The notes below the pieces were generated by a model. It was not told the DNA's origin. It was given only the letters and a program-made list of their open reading frames with translations, and did no database searches. A stretch of DNA of 59,796 nt from Anaerolineae bacterium (GTDB lineage: Bacteria > Chloroflexota > Anaerolineae > Aggregatilineales > Phototrophicaceae). A program made the position numbers and the translations under genes. Of the stretch, positions 18,461 to 27,422 are shown piece by piece (positions within the stretch are counted from its first letter, which is position 1; the number at the start of each line of letters is the position of its first letter). The stretch lies in contig JAAXID010000132.1 in assembly GCA_012270545.1 (NCBI GenBank), forward strand, positions 17,236 to 77,031, in the 5' to 3' direction.

Positions 18461-19267
18461 CTACGGCTTCAGGAACGCCCTGGGAATCCGCGAGCCTTCG
18501 TATTCCGCCTTCGGATCGCGCTCTCTAATTGCCGGCGGAACAGCGCCTTTCCAATAATCGGGCACCGTACCCGTCGGGCGTCGATGCCAGCTGAGGACCA
18601 GGGTGCGGCGTTGGTCAGTGAAGTTTTTGCCGGCGGCATGCAGAATGCGCGCGTCCATCAAGGCGAGATCGCCCGCTTTGACCGGAACAAAGGCTTGGTT
18701 AGGGTCATCGCGGAACATGACCGGATCGTCATCAGCGACGAAGCGGGCGCCCTGTTCATGCGCCGGTACGAGCTCGTCGTGAATGGGAAAGCGCTTGAGG
18801 TGGCTGCCGGGGATCACTTTCAGGCAGCCATTCTCCACTGCCGTGTCGGTCAAATAATAGCTCAGCGACATGAATTCCGGCCACGGCGACATGCTCAGCG
18901 GATCGTTCCACCACATCCAATCCTGATGCCAATATAGCGGCGGGCCTCCGGGCTCCTTGGTGAGAATAATCACTTCCGCCGGTCGGTCGCGGTCGGGTCT
19001 GAAGTCACCGAAACCCATAGCGTCGAGCGCTTGGTAAGCGGGGGCCCAGGTGAGCAGCTTCTTTATAAGGGCATTGTCTTTGGCGGCGACCTTGATGTGC
19101 TGGCCCTGAAAGCGATGCTCCGGCGCTTCTTCATGCGCGGCGATCAGCCCTTCAGTTTCCGCGCGCAGCTCGTCGAGAAAGTCTTGCGGCAGGATGTTTT
19201 CAATCAGCGCGTAACCAGCGTGCAGCATGTGTTCACGTTTGGCCAGTGCCACCTCCGCTGTGAGCAT
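18461..19267 (-). CDS. Phytanoyl-CoA dioxygenase (PhyH) family Fe(II)/2-OG oxygenase
   Basis: ATG at 19267 preceded by GAGGAG. WHQDW (His-x-Asp facial-triad region) and a later H in ILHAAGKN fit the PhyH family. Confidence 0.75.
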   Translation of the reverse strand: MLTAEVALAKREHMLHAGYALIENILPQDFLDELRAETEGLIAAHEEAPEHRFQGQHIKVAAKDNALIKKLLTWAPAYQALDAMGFGDFRPDRDRPAEVIILTKEPGGPPLYWHQDWMWWNDPLSMSPWPEFMSLSYYLTDTAVENGCLKVIPGSHLKRFPIHDELVPAHEQGARFVADDDPVMFRDDPNQAFVPVKAGDLALMDARILHAAGKNFTDQRRTLVLSWHRRPTGTVPDYWKGAVPPAIRERDPKAEYEGSRIPRAFLKP

Positions 19268-19400
19268 GTACCATCTCCTCGCTCGCCTTTCCTCACGCAT
19301 GATTCATAACCTGTCTGGCGCGTGATTGCAAGTCTGCCGGTGAAGAGGCAGTGATAAACATCGGGATATATTCCCATTAGCGAACATTGCACAGGTTTTT

Positions 19401-19440
19401 TTCACCACCGAGGACACCGAGGGTATAGAGGACACAGAGA
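19401..19440. repeat. CACAGAG-type intergenic repeat (family 2), degenerate copy
   Basis: TTCACCACCGAGGACACCGAGGGTATAGAGGACACAGAGA. Compare 22745-22773, 25111-25155 (reverse) and 51691-51712/51847-51869. Confidence 0.4.
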
Positions 19441-19780
19441 TTTTCTGCTTACATAGCGAAGTTATCATGCGGTCCGAATTTACCACCTCGAAACAAAGTC
19501 AACAGTGGCTAAATGTACCCTTATTTCGGTAAGGTAATCTTTATACCGTCGACGTTGGCTTAACTATAGAGGTGAAAGGATGCAAGGCAAGGCTGTTGAA
19601 GCAATAATGAATCCGGAGTACAAACGGCCTGGCAAGAGTATGCATTTTTACACTCCTAGTTCTTGTCGCACTTTATGAAAACATGTCAGCCGGCTTTATG
19701 ATTGATGTTTCTGTCGCACATAACGAGTCAGGCAGCAGGTGAAATGTAAGGATGCGAGGAAACGATACGAGGGCAATGTC

Positions 19781-20206
19781 ATGGAGATTAGGGATATGGT
19801 ACTGGCTCGCGATAATGAGTGCTGCTGCTTTTGCGGAAATTCCAACGAAAAGGAAGGGGTCAGGTTAGACGTTCATCACATAAGACCGCGGCGACAAGGG
19901 GGGACTGACACGCTCGATAACCTTATTACCCTGTGCGCACATTGCCATTCTCGAATCTCGCGCCCAAAATTTTATGCTGCCCCGTTGTGGCATGTAATTG
20001 GGAATTTGTTCTACGTACAACAAAATTACGGAGAGCCAGTGAATAGGCCTGCAAATAACCTGTTGATGGCGATATGCAGGCAGGACAGTTTGTTTGCCAA
20101 CGATAAGGGAGAAATAGCCGTCAAGGGAGAAAAGGTTGCCGCTGCAACCAATAATCTTTTGCAAGTAATTGCAAGATTGCGAAACGTCAATGCCTTATCA
20201 AGTTGA
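19781..20206 (+). CDS. HNH endonuclease domain protein
   Basis: CCCFCG…LDVHHIRPRRQGGTDTLDNLITLCAHCH is a classic HNH (CxxC…HH…N…CxxCH) motif. It sits in an AT-richer island. The start is taken at ATG 19781 (a GTG at 19739 is possible). Confidence 0.7.
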   Translation: MEIRDMVLARDNECCCFCGNSNEKEGVRLDVHHIRPRRQGGTDTLDNLITLCAHCHSRISRPKFYAAPLWHVIGNLFYVQQNYGEPVNRPANNLLMAICRQDSLFANDKGEIAVKGEKVAAATNNLLQVIARLRNVNALSS

Positions 20207-20413
20207 TTATCGAGACAGAATACTCGGTATAGATTTTACCGGGCTGAAATGAGCCGCACATTGAGTATTGCGAAAGTGACGAATGTCCGCCTCTTTCAAA
20301 AGTCAGCAGAAGCAAGCTTCGTCACCTGCACACATTTTGAAGCGAAAGGCGACATGACATCAGCGGGCAAGCAACCGCTGGACTAATTAGACAAAGTGAG
20401 AGGAGAGAATAAC

Positions 20414-21316
20414 ATGACAAACGCGCCATTTCTGATTCGCTACTTTCAGCCGGGCGAGGGACCGCGCCTTGGGGTCCTGCGCGGCGACACCGTGCACGAC
20501 GTCAGCCATGCTCATGCCTCGCTCGCCGATTTCTTTCGGATATCCTGCGGCGATGTGGCCAGCGCCATCGACGCCCTATCCGCCGCCGCCGCTGCATCTT
20601 CGCGTCGCTTCCCCGCGGGCGACCTCGACAACTCGCCGTCCGCCGATGTCCCTCATTGGCTGCCGCCGCTGGACAAGCAGGAGGTCTGGGCAGCCGGCGT
20701 CACCTACCTCGACAGCCGCAAAGCGCGCCAGGAAGAATCGGCCGACGGTGGCGATGTCTACGCCCGCGTGTACAGTGCCGAACGCCCGGAGATCTTCTTC
20801 AAAGCGTCGTCCAAGAACACAGTCGGCCACCTGGACGCGGCCGGTTTCCGTGCCGATTCGCGCTGGAATGTGCCCGAGCCAGAACTGGCGCTGGTCGTCA
20901 ATCCAGCGATGGAGATGCTCGGCTTCACCATCGGCAATGACATGAGCAGCCGCGATATCGAAGGCGAAAACCCGCTCTACCTGCCACAGGCCAAAGTCTA
21001 CACCGCCTCCTGCGCCATCGGTCCCGGCATCCTGCTCGCGCCTTCGGATGAATGGCTGGATACCACGATTCGCCTGGTCATCAGCCGCGCCGATGAAGAA
21101 GTATTCAGCGATTCCGTCTCAACCAATCAGATCAAGCGTAGCATCCCGGAGCTGATCGATTATCTCGGGCGCAGCAATAGCTACCCCGGCGGCGTTATGC
21201 TGCTGACCGGCACCGCGATCGTGCCCCCGGCCGAATTCACGCTGCAACCCGATGATGTCGTCGTCATTACAATCGATGGCATCGGCAGCCTGCAGAACCG
21301 TGTCATCGAGGTCTGA
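20414..21316 (+). CDS. FAH-family hydrolase/isomerase
   Basis: ATG at 20414 after GAGAGGAGAG. FAH-like core (…EPELALVV…GFTIGNDMSSRDIE…LLTGTAIVPP). Confidence 0.8.
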   Translation: MTNAPFLIRYFQPGEGPRLGVLRGDTVHDVSHAHASLADFFRISCGDVASAIDALSAAAAASSRRFPAGDLDNSPSADVPHWLPPLDKQEVWAAGVTYLDSRKARQEESADGGDVYARVYSAERPEIFFKASSKNTVGHLDAAGFRADSRWNVPEPELALVVNPAMEMLGFTIGNDMSSRDIEGENPLYLPQAKVYTASCAIGPGILLAPSDEWLDTTIRLVISRADEEVFSDSVSTNQIKRSIPELIDYLGRSNSYPGGVMLLTGTAIVPPAEFTLQPDDVVVITIDGIGSLQNRVIEV

Positions 21317-21326
21317 GGCGACTGCG

Positions 21327-22724
21327 ATGACAGGCCGCGTTGAGCTAGCGGAACTTGTCCTGCCGGAGTTTGGATTGCCCTCGATCCAGCCGGCCATCCC
21401 TGTGGCGACCTACGAGGCGCGCATTGACGCTGCCCGGAGGCGCGCGGCGGAGGCCGGCTACGACGCGCTGCTCGTCTATGGCGACCGTGAACACGCCGCT
21501 AATATGGCTTATCTGACCGGTTATGATCCGCGCTTTGAAGAGGCATTGCTGATTCTGATTCACGGGAAGACGCCCACGCTCTTGTTGGGCAATGAGGGCA
21601 TGGGCTACAGCGGCGTCTCACCTGTCGAGCTCAACCGCGTGCTCTATCAAAGTTTCAGCCTCCTCGGTCAGCCGCGCGACAAAAGCCCCATGCTGCGAGA
21701 GATCCTCATTGCCGCCGGCTTGCGGGCGGGTCAGCGTCTCGGCATCGCCGGCTGGAAGTCCTTCGATGAGCGCGAAGCGAACGATCCCGAGCGCACGCTG
21801 GAGATTCCTGCTTTCATCGTCGAGGTCTTGACAGATATCACCGGCGCGCGTGATCGCCTGCTCAACGCGACCGACATCTTCATGCATCCGGCCGATGGCT
21901 TGCGCGCCATCAACGATGTTGATCAACTCGCCTATTTTGAATTCGCCGCCACTTACACATCGCAAGCCCTGCGCAATCTGATTTTCGGCGTCGACGCCGG
22001 CCTGAGCGAGTTTGACGCCGTCGCCCTGATGGGGCTGACGGGCCTGCCCCAGTCCTGCCATTTGATGTTTTCCAGTGGCGACCGCGCCGCTCTTGGCTTG
22101 GCCAGTCCCTCGCTTCGACGGCTGCAGGTCGGCGATCCTGTCTTTCTGGCTTACGGCATCTGGGGCGCGCTGAACGCCCGCGGCGGCTGGCTGGCGCGTG
22201 ACGCCAATGACCTGCCCGTCAATGTGCGGGATTACATCGAAAGACTGGTCGCGCCCTACTTCCGCGCTATCATCGAGTGGTACGAAGCCATCGGTATCGG
22301 CGTGACTGGCGGCGAATTGCAGGCCATCATCGAGTCGCATCTCGGCGATCCCTTCTTCGGCATCGGTCTCAACCCCGGCCATCTGATCCACTTGGACGAA
22401 TGGCTGCACTCGCCGATCTATGCCGGCTCCGATATCCCGCTGCGCTCTGGCATGGCGATTCAAGTCGATGTCATCCCGGCCACGCACTCGCCCTACCACA
22501 GCACCAACATTGAAGACGGCATTGCCTTGGCCGACGAGCCGCTGCGCAAAGCCTTCTGGCGCAAGTACCCGGCCGCCTGGAACCGCATCCAGCAGCGCCG
22601 CGCCTTCATGCGCAATACATTGGGCATCCAGCTCAAGCCGGAGGTGCTGCCCTTCTCCAATCTGCCCGCTTACCTGCCGCCTTTCTGGCTCTCGCCTCAT
22701 CATGCCATGCGCGCCGCAGTATAA
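21327..22724 (+). CDS. M24-family peptidase/creatinase-like protein (Xaa-Pro aminopeptidase fold)
   Basis: Internal ATG 11 nt after the FAH stop. N-terminal creatinase/prolidase-like domain (GYDALLVYGDREHAANMAYLTGYDPRFEEALLI) plus a C-terminal pita-bread-like region. Metal ligands not verified. Confidence 0.65.
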   Translation: MTGRVELAELVLPEFGLPSIQPAIPVATYEARIDAARRRAAEAGYDALLVYGDREHAANMAYLTGYDPRFEEALLILIHGKTPTLLLGNEGMGYSGVSPVELNRVLYQSFSLLGQPRDKSPMLREILIAAGLRAGQRLGIAGWKSFDEREANDPERTLEIPAFIVEVLTDITGARDRLLNATDIFMHPADGLRAINDVDQLAYFEFAATYTSQALRNLIFGVDAGLSEFDAVALMGLTGLPQSCHLMFSSGDRAALGLASPSLRRLQVGDPVFLAYGIWGALNARGGWLARDANDLPVNVRDYIERLVAPYFRAIIEWYEAIGIGVTGGELQAIIESHLGDPFFGIGLNPGHLIHLDEWLHSPIYAGSDIPLRSGMAIQVDVIPATHSPYHSTNIEDGIALADEPLRKAFWRKYPAAWNRIQQRRAFMRNTLGIQLKPEVLPFSNLPAYLPPFWLSPHHAMRAAV

Positions 22725-22744
22725 ACGAGTTCGACACTATGAAT

Positions 22745-22773
22745 AACCACAGAGCGCACAGAGGAAACACAGC
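22745..22773. repeat. CACAGAG-type intergenic repeat (family 2)
   Basis: AACCACAGAGCGCACAGAGGAAACACAGC. Confidence 0.45.
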
Positions 22774-22859
22774 AACATCCCGATCGTACTTTCGGTCGAT
22801 ACAAGTGTCGCCCCTACAAGGCTTGTCCGTTACTGGGTCATGCTACCGCGCTTTTTCTA

Positions 22860-22901
22860 CCCCATCCCCCGGCCCCTCCTCGCCATCTCTATGGCGAGCA
22901 T
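22860..22901. repeat. C-rich/hairpin intergenic repeat (family 1)
   Basis: CCCCATCCCCCGGCCCCTCCTCGCCATCTCTATGGCGAGCAT. Near-identical to the reverse complement of 11287-11327. Confidence 0.6.
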
Positions 22902-23108
22902 TCAACTTGCCCCTACAAACTTGGGACGGCCGAGGATTATATCCACGCAGCTCACCACTCCCCGACTGATGAATTTGTGGCGATGACTATCGGGGATGGA
23001 AATGGGAATCTCCGTCTCCGCTGCGGTCAAAAGCAAAATTCCCCTCGACATCCCGCCGTGTCGCGCTATAATGCATCGCTCGAACTTAGGGAACGGAAAA
23101 GCAAGATC

Positions 23109-23348
23109 ATGCCCGGCAAACGCAAAATCACCGGCACCAAGCCGCTCTTCGGCCACTCGCGCAGCAAAGCCTTCAATACGGTCAAGCGCCAGTTCAAGCC
23201 GAACCTGCAGAACAAACGCATCTACGTGCCCGAGCTGGATCGCTGGGTGCGCGTCAAAATCACGGCCAATGAAATAAAGACCATCGACAAGATCGGCTTC
23301 ATGGAATTCCTCAAACGGCGCAACATCCCGCTGAAGCAGCTGCTCTAA
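23109..23348 (+). CDS. rpmB: 50S ribosomal protein L28
   Basis: 79 aa, MPGKRKITGTKPLFGHSRSKAFNTVKRQFKPNLQNKRIYVPELDRWVRVKITANEIKTIDKIG…, which matches the L28 pattern (…GN.vSHs.n.tkR.f.PNLq…). A TATAAT box lies about 45 nt upstream. Confidence 0.85.
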   Translation: MPGKRKITGTKPLFGHSRSKAFNTVKRQFKPNLQNKRIYVPELDRWVRVKITANEIKTIDKIGFMEFLKRRNIPLKQLL

Positions 23349-23378
23349 TAACTAATTTGTTGGGGGCGGCCTATCAGG

Positions 23379-24116
23379 TTGCCCGCCACTCATCTCCCAA
23401 GCCGGCTCTCTGTGAACCGCCACCACCAAGCCATTCTGCGCCAAATCCAAGCCACTAAACCTGGCCGCGGCAACACCACGCAGCGCCCTGAACACCTGGG
23501 CACAACGCGCAAATGGTACGGCCTCAAGAACGCGCAGAGCCGCGCCATCTTGCTCGACTTCATCGCCGCTCACAAAGACCTCAGCTACGAAGACTGGCTG
23601 GCGCTGCTCGACGCGCTCTACCATGGCGACTCCTACGAGGAGCGCTGCGCCCCGCGGACGCTCTTCCGCAAGTTCCCGCGCTACCGGCGCCAGCTTCCAC
23701 TCGCCCAGCTGGATGCCTGGCTCGGCTGCTTGAACGGCTGGGCCGAAGTCGATAGCACCTGCCAGACCGTCTTCAACGATAAGGATCTGTTGGCGGATTG
23801 GAGCGGCTGGTCCGCCCTGCTCGAGTCGCTCGCCGGCGACGAGAACGTCAACAAGCGCCGCGCCGCGCTCGTCTTGCTGACGGCGCCCATAACGCAATCG
23901 CCAGACAGACGTATCCTCGACCTGTCATTTCAACTGATCGACCGCCTCAAGGGGGAAAAGGACGGGCGCATCACCAAGGCGGTCTCCTGGCTTTTGCGCA
24001 AGGGCATCAAGCAGCACCGCGATGCAATTGCCGCTTATCTCGAAGCAGCCGCTCCGGCCCTGCCTACCATCGCCGTTCGCGAAACGCGCCGGAAGCTGGC
24101 CACCGGCAAGAAATAA
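23379..24116 (+). CDS. DNA alkylation repair (AlkD-like HEAT-repeat) family protein
   Basis: 245 aa. Pattern …GWAEVDSTCQ…NVNKRRAALVLL…ITKAVSWLLRKGIKQHRDAI… resembles the DNA alkylation repair enzyme family. TTG start. Family call from memory. Confidence 0.5.
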   Translation: MPATHLPSRLSVNRHHQAILRQIQATKPGRGNTTQRPEHLGTTRKWYGLKNAQSRAILLDFIAAHKDLSYEDWLALLDALYHGDSYEERCAPRTLFRKFPRYRRQLPLAQLDAWLGCLNGWAEVDSTCQTVFNDKDLLADWSGWSALLESLAGDENVNKRRAALVLLTAPITQSPDRRILDLSFQLIDRLKGEKDGRITKAVSWLLRKGIKQHRDAIAAYLEAAAPALPTIAVRETRRKLATGKK

Positions 24117-24117
24117 C

Positions 24118-24951
24118 TCAGCCGCGCACCATATCAGCGTAATAGTCTCTAACCAGATAATGCGTATCGCGCGGCGGCCGCGTCATATATTCTGCCTGCG
24201 GCGGCACGTCCGGCAGTTTCATCGGACCCGGGATCACATTCTCGTAGGGAATCGCGTCCAGGATGTCGCGGATGACGTTCAGGCGGAGACGCCGTTTGTC
24301 GTTGGAGTTGACCTGGCGCCAGCGGCATTCAGGGATATCGGTGTGCTCAATCATGGCATCTTTCGCCCGCGAGTATTCCACCCAGCGGTTGCGCCCCTCG
24401 ATATCGATCGGGCTGAGTTTCCAGCGGCGCGCGGGGTTGGCGGCCCGCGCCTGAAAGCGGCGCTCCTGCTCGTCATCGTCCACCGAGAGCCAGTACTTGA
24501 GCAAGATGATGCCGTCATTGACCAGCAGGCGCTCAAAGTTCGGCGCGTCGCGCAAGAAGTCCCAGTATTCTCGGTCGCTGCAAAAGCCCATCACCCGCTC
24601 GACCGTGGCGCGGTTGTACCAGCTGCGATCGAACATCACGATCTCGCCGGCCGCCGGCAAATGCGTGACATAGCGCTGGAAATACCATTGCGTCAGTTCG
24701 CGATCGGATGGCTTGCCTAGCGCAACCAGGCGGATATCGCGCGGCTGCAGCGGCGCCATAATACGCTTGATCGTGCCACCCTTGCCCGCCGCATCGCGCC
24801 CGTCGAAGGTGATCATGACTCGCATGCCGTTGTGCTTGATCCAATACTGCCATTTCACAAGCTCAAACTGCAGCCGCAGCAACTCTTTTTCATAGTATTT
24901 CCTATTGAGCCGCGGCGGCCGGTCAGATTTGGACGCCTTCTTTTTTGACAT
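24118..24951 (-). CDS. ppk2: Polyphosphate kinase 2
   Basis: 277 aa with Walker A FDGRDAAGKGG, FDRSWYNR and lid-region motifs typical of one-domain PPK2. Confidence 0.9.
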   Translation of the reverse strand: MSKKKASKSDRPPRLNRKYYEKELLRLQFELVKWQYWIKHNGMRVMITFDGRDAAGKGGTIKRIMAPLQPRDIRLVALGKPSDRELTQWYFQRYVTHLPAAGEIVMFDRSWYNRATVERVMGFCSDREYWDFLRDAPNFERLLVNDGIILLKYWLSVDDDEQERRFQARAANPARRWKLSPIDIEGRNRWVEYSRAKDAMIEHTDIPECRWRQVNSNDKRRLRLNVIRDILDAIPYENVIPGPMKLPDVPPQAEYMTRPPRDTHYLVRDYYADMVRG

Positions 24952-25110
24952 AGGAAGCTCCAGAAACCCGTGCGCTACCGGTGCGTCTAATAGCTTAACA
25001 AATTTTCTATTGGATGGTCAGAATCTGGCGACTGGGTAGTGTATCCATTTCGATTGAAATTCAAATGAACCGATATGAACTGTCACAAAGCGCAGAAAAT
25101 TATCGCTGAG

Positions 25111-25155
25111 GCCTCTGTGTTCTCTGTGTTGCCTCCGTATCCTCTGTGGTGAAAT
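25111..25155. repeat. CACAGAG-type intergenic repeat (family 2), reverse orientation
   Basis: GCCTCTGTGTTCTCTGTGTTGCCTCCGTATCCTCTGTGGTGAAAT, the reverse complement of the …TTCACCACAGAGGA…CACAGAGAACACAGAGG consensus. Confidence 0.5.
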
Positions 25156-25351
25156 ATGTGTGGTTCTCGACATAGGGCGATTCCCAACAAATTCATCACT
25201 CCTTTTATATTTCCACCGACTTCGATACACTACCGGCGACTGTCGCGCGCCGATTGAGGCGGCTGCGCTTTCGCTCTTTCCAGCAGGTTACCGAGCCAAT
25301 GTTTTGTACTATAATCCACTGGTATCGAATCGACGGATATCGCAATAGCCT

Positions 25352-26332
25352 ATGGCGCTTCCAGAAAGCGTGTTTCATTCCAACGCGCTTGTGGGCCGAG
25401 CCAAGCCGAATTTCTTCATCGTAGGCGCGCCAAAATGCGGCACGACCTCTCTGCATGAGTACCTGCAGCGCCATCCCGATGTCTTCATGCCCTTTTTCAA
25501 GGAGCCCCATTTTTTCGGCGCCGACCTGGAGGGCTCGCGCTTCCGTCAATTCCGCAACAAGCCGGAGCGCTATCTGAAGCTCTTTCGCGATGCTCGCGGC
25601 GAAAAGCGCATAGGCGAGTCATCGCCCTGGTATCTGGCCAGCCAACGCGCGGCGGCAGAAATCCAAGCCTACGATCCCGCCGCCAAGATCATCATCATGC
25701 TGCGAAACCCCATCGATATGATGTATTCGATGTGGTCGCAATTTCGCTACAGCGGCAATGAACAGATAGGCACATTCGAGGAGGCTTTGACGGCCGAGGC
25801 TGATCGGCGGGCTGGCAGGCGCATTCGACGCGCCGCCCATTGCATCACCGGTTTGTACTATCGGGAAATGGCGCGCTTCGCAGAGCAAGTGCCGCGCTAT
25901 TTCGAGCGCTTCGGATCTGAAAACGTATTGGTCATCATCTTTGATGATTTCCGCTCCGATACGCCCGCTGCATTCCGCGCTGTTCTCAACTTTCTTGAAT
26001 TGGACCCATATCACGAGATGACCTTCGATATTCGCAATCCTAATAAAGAAGTCCGCTTGGAATGGCTGCAAAAGCTCATTGTCGACAGCGGCTTTTCCTT
26101 AATGCTGCTGAAAGATCGGCTGACGTACCTGGCAACGACGAGTTCTCTCGTGCCATTCTCATATCGGACGCGGGCGGTCAAGGGCGTGATCGCTGTCTAT
26201 ACCAAATACGAAAGGCGTTCTCCCTTGACGGCGGAATTGCGCAGGCGCCTGGCAGGCGAGCTGGAAGGCGAGATCGATGCGCTGAGCGCCCTGCTGGATC
26301 GCGATCTGTCACATTGGTACCGCGTTGATTGA
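25352..26332 (+). CDS. Sulfotransferase-domain protein (PAPS-dependent)
   Basis: 326 aa with 5'-PSB motif FFIVGAPKCGTTSL and a 3'-PB-like region IIIMLRNPIDMMYS. Confidence 0.75.
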   Translation: MALPESVFHSNALVGRAKPNFFIVGAPKCGTTSLHEYLQRHPDVFMPFFKEPHFFGADLEGSRFRQFRNKPERYLKLFRDARGEKRIGESSPWYLASQRAAAEIQAYDPAAKIIIMLRNPIDMMYSMWSQFRYSGNEQIGTFEEALTAEADRRAGRRIRRAAHCITGLYYREMARFAEQVPRYFERFGSENVLVIIFDDFRSDTPAAFRAVLNFLELDPYHEMTFDIRNPNKEVRLEWLQKLIVDSGFSLMLLKDRLTYLATTSSLVPFSYRTRAVKGVIAVYTKYERRSPLTAELRRRLAGELEGEIDALSALLDRDLSHWYRVD

Positions 26333-26339
26333 GCGCCAC

Positions 26340-27380
26340 ATGACCGACCCGACCGAAAGAAACAACGGATCGACAGGCGCGGCCAATTCACGCCGTCAGC
26401 TACTGGTCCGTGTTGCCAGCATAACGATCACGGTCGTCCTCCTGGCCGATCTGGTCGGACGTGTGACCTGGGCCGAGTTCGATCAATTGCTAGCGCGCAT
26501 CGCCGTGTCGAGTTGGATTGGCGCGCTGCTGGCGTACCTGGCGCTGAACCTGTTCCGAGCGCTGCGATTCCGCATCCTGCTGGACAAGCGTGACTCACCT
26601 TGGCGCATCTTGATACCCATCACGCTCTATCACAATTTTCTGGTGCGGGCGCTACCATTTAAGCTGGGCGAGCTGTCATATATCGTCTTGCTGCGTTCCC
26701 GGCTGAATTATTCGATGGAAGAAGGCTTGAGCAGCCTCTTCGGCGCGCGTGTACTGGAGCTTCTCATCATTGTTATGGTCTTCGCCTCGAGCATTCCGGC
26801 GAGCGCTGAAGAACTGGCGGCACACCGCGATGAGCTATTGCTCGCGATCGCCGTCACATTCGCGCTCAGCATAATCGGGCTCTATTTCGGCGGCAGCGTT
26901 ATCAGAGCCTTTCAAAAGGCCGCGCAGCCGATTTTGAATGTCGCTGAGGGCGGGCGCCCGGGATTCGCTACTGGCGCAAACAATCGCCTGCGGCATCTCG
27001 CAGAAGAAATGGACCGCATACGGCAGCCACGCCTATTCCTGACGGCGCTCTTTACCACCTGCTTCACGTACACGTCGTCCTTCCTGACAAATTATATTCT
27101 GCTGCGCGCTTTGGGCGTCGATGTGGCTTTGCCGGCCTTCATCGCTATAATCAGCCTCGGCATGTTCGCTTCCGCTTTCCCCTTTACTATCAGCGGATTC
27201 GGCGTTGTAGAACTGGCCTGGCGTTTCGGCTTGATGCAATTTGCCGGAATGCCCGATGCCGATGCCACAGCCGCCGGCTTTCTTTTGCATGGCTTTCAGA
27301 TCTTTGCCGCGGCCCTTTACGGTTTTCTTGGTTATTTGCTAATCCACATTAGCGCGCCGCTGCCAAAGACAGGCGAGTAA
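26340..27380 (+). CDS. Flippase-like membrane protein (UPF0104 / LPG-synthase TM-domain family)
   Basis: Multi-TM ORF starting 8 nt after the sulfotransferase stop (the TTG at 26325 would overlap it). Overall topology and RFRILL-type loops resemble UPF0104. Family call is tentative. Confidence 0.5.
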   Translation: MTDPTERNNGSTGAANSRRQLLVRVASITITVVLLADLVGRVTWAEFDQLLARIAVSSWIGALLAYLALNLFRALRFRILLDKRDSPWRILIPITLYHNFLVRALPFKLGELSYIVLLRSRLNYSMEEGLSSLFGARVLELLIIVMVFASSIPASAEELAAHRDELLLAIAVTFALSIIGLYFGGSVIRAFQKAAQPILNVAEGGRPGFATGANNRLRHLAEEMDRIRQPRLFLTALFTTCFTYTSSFLTNYILLRALGVDVALPAFIAIISLGMFASAFPFTISGFGVVELAWRFGLMQFAGMPDADATAAGFLLHGFQIFAAALYGFLGYLLIHISAPLPKTGE

Positions 27381-27422
27381 AACTACGACCTGTGACAGAA
27401 TCTTTTAACGAAGGATATTGCC

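Noticed and set aside
22977-23108. The 44-codon extension upstream of rpmB (123-aa ORF).
   Set aside because: L28 similarity begins at MPGKRK (23109). The extension runs through intergenic repeat DNA.
24114-24120. The convergent AlkD-like and ppk2 genes have stop codons only 1 nt apart (TAA-C-TCA).
   Set aside because: This is real in the sequence, but it is a common compaction feature. No terminator or regulatory structure can be inferred from it.
19401-25155. Whether the CACAGAG-type repeats represent a CRISPR array.
   Set aside because: The copies are single or inverted and kilobases apart, not regularly spaced direct repeats with unique spacers. No cas genes are present.
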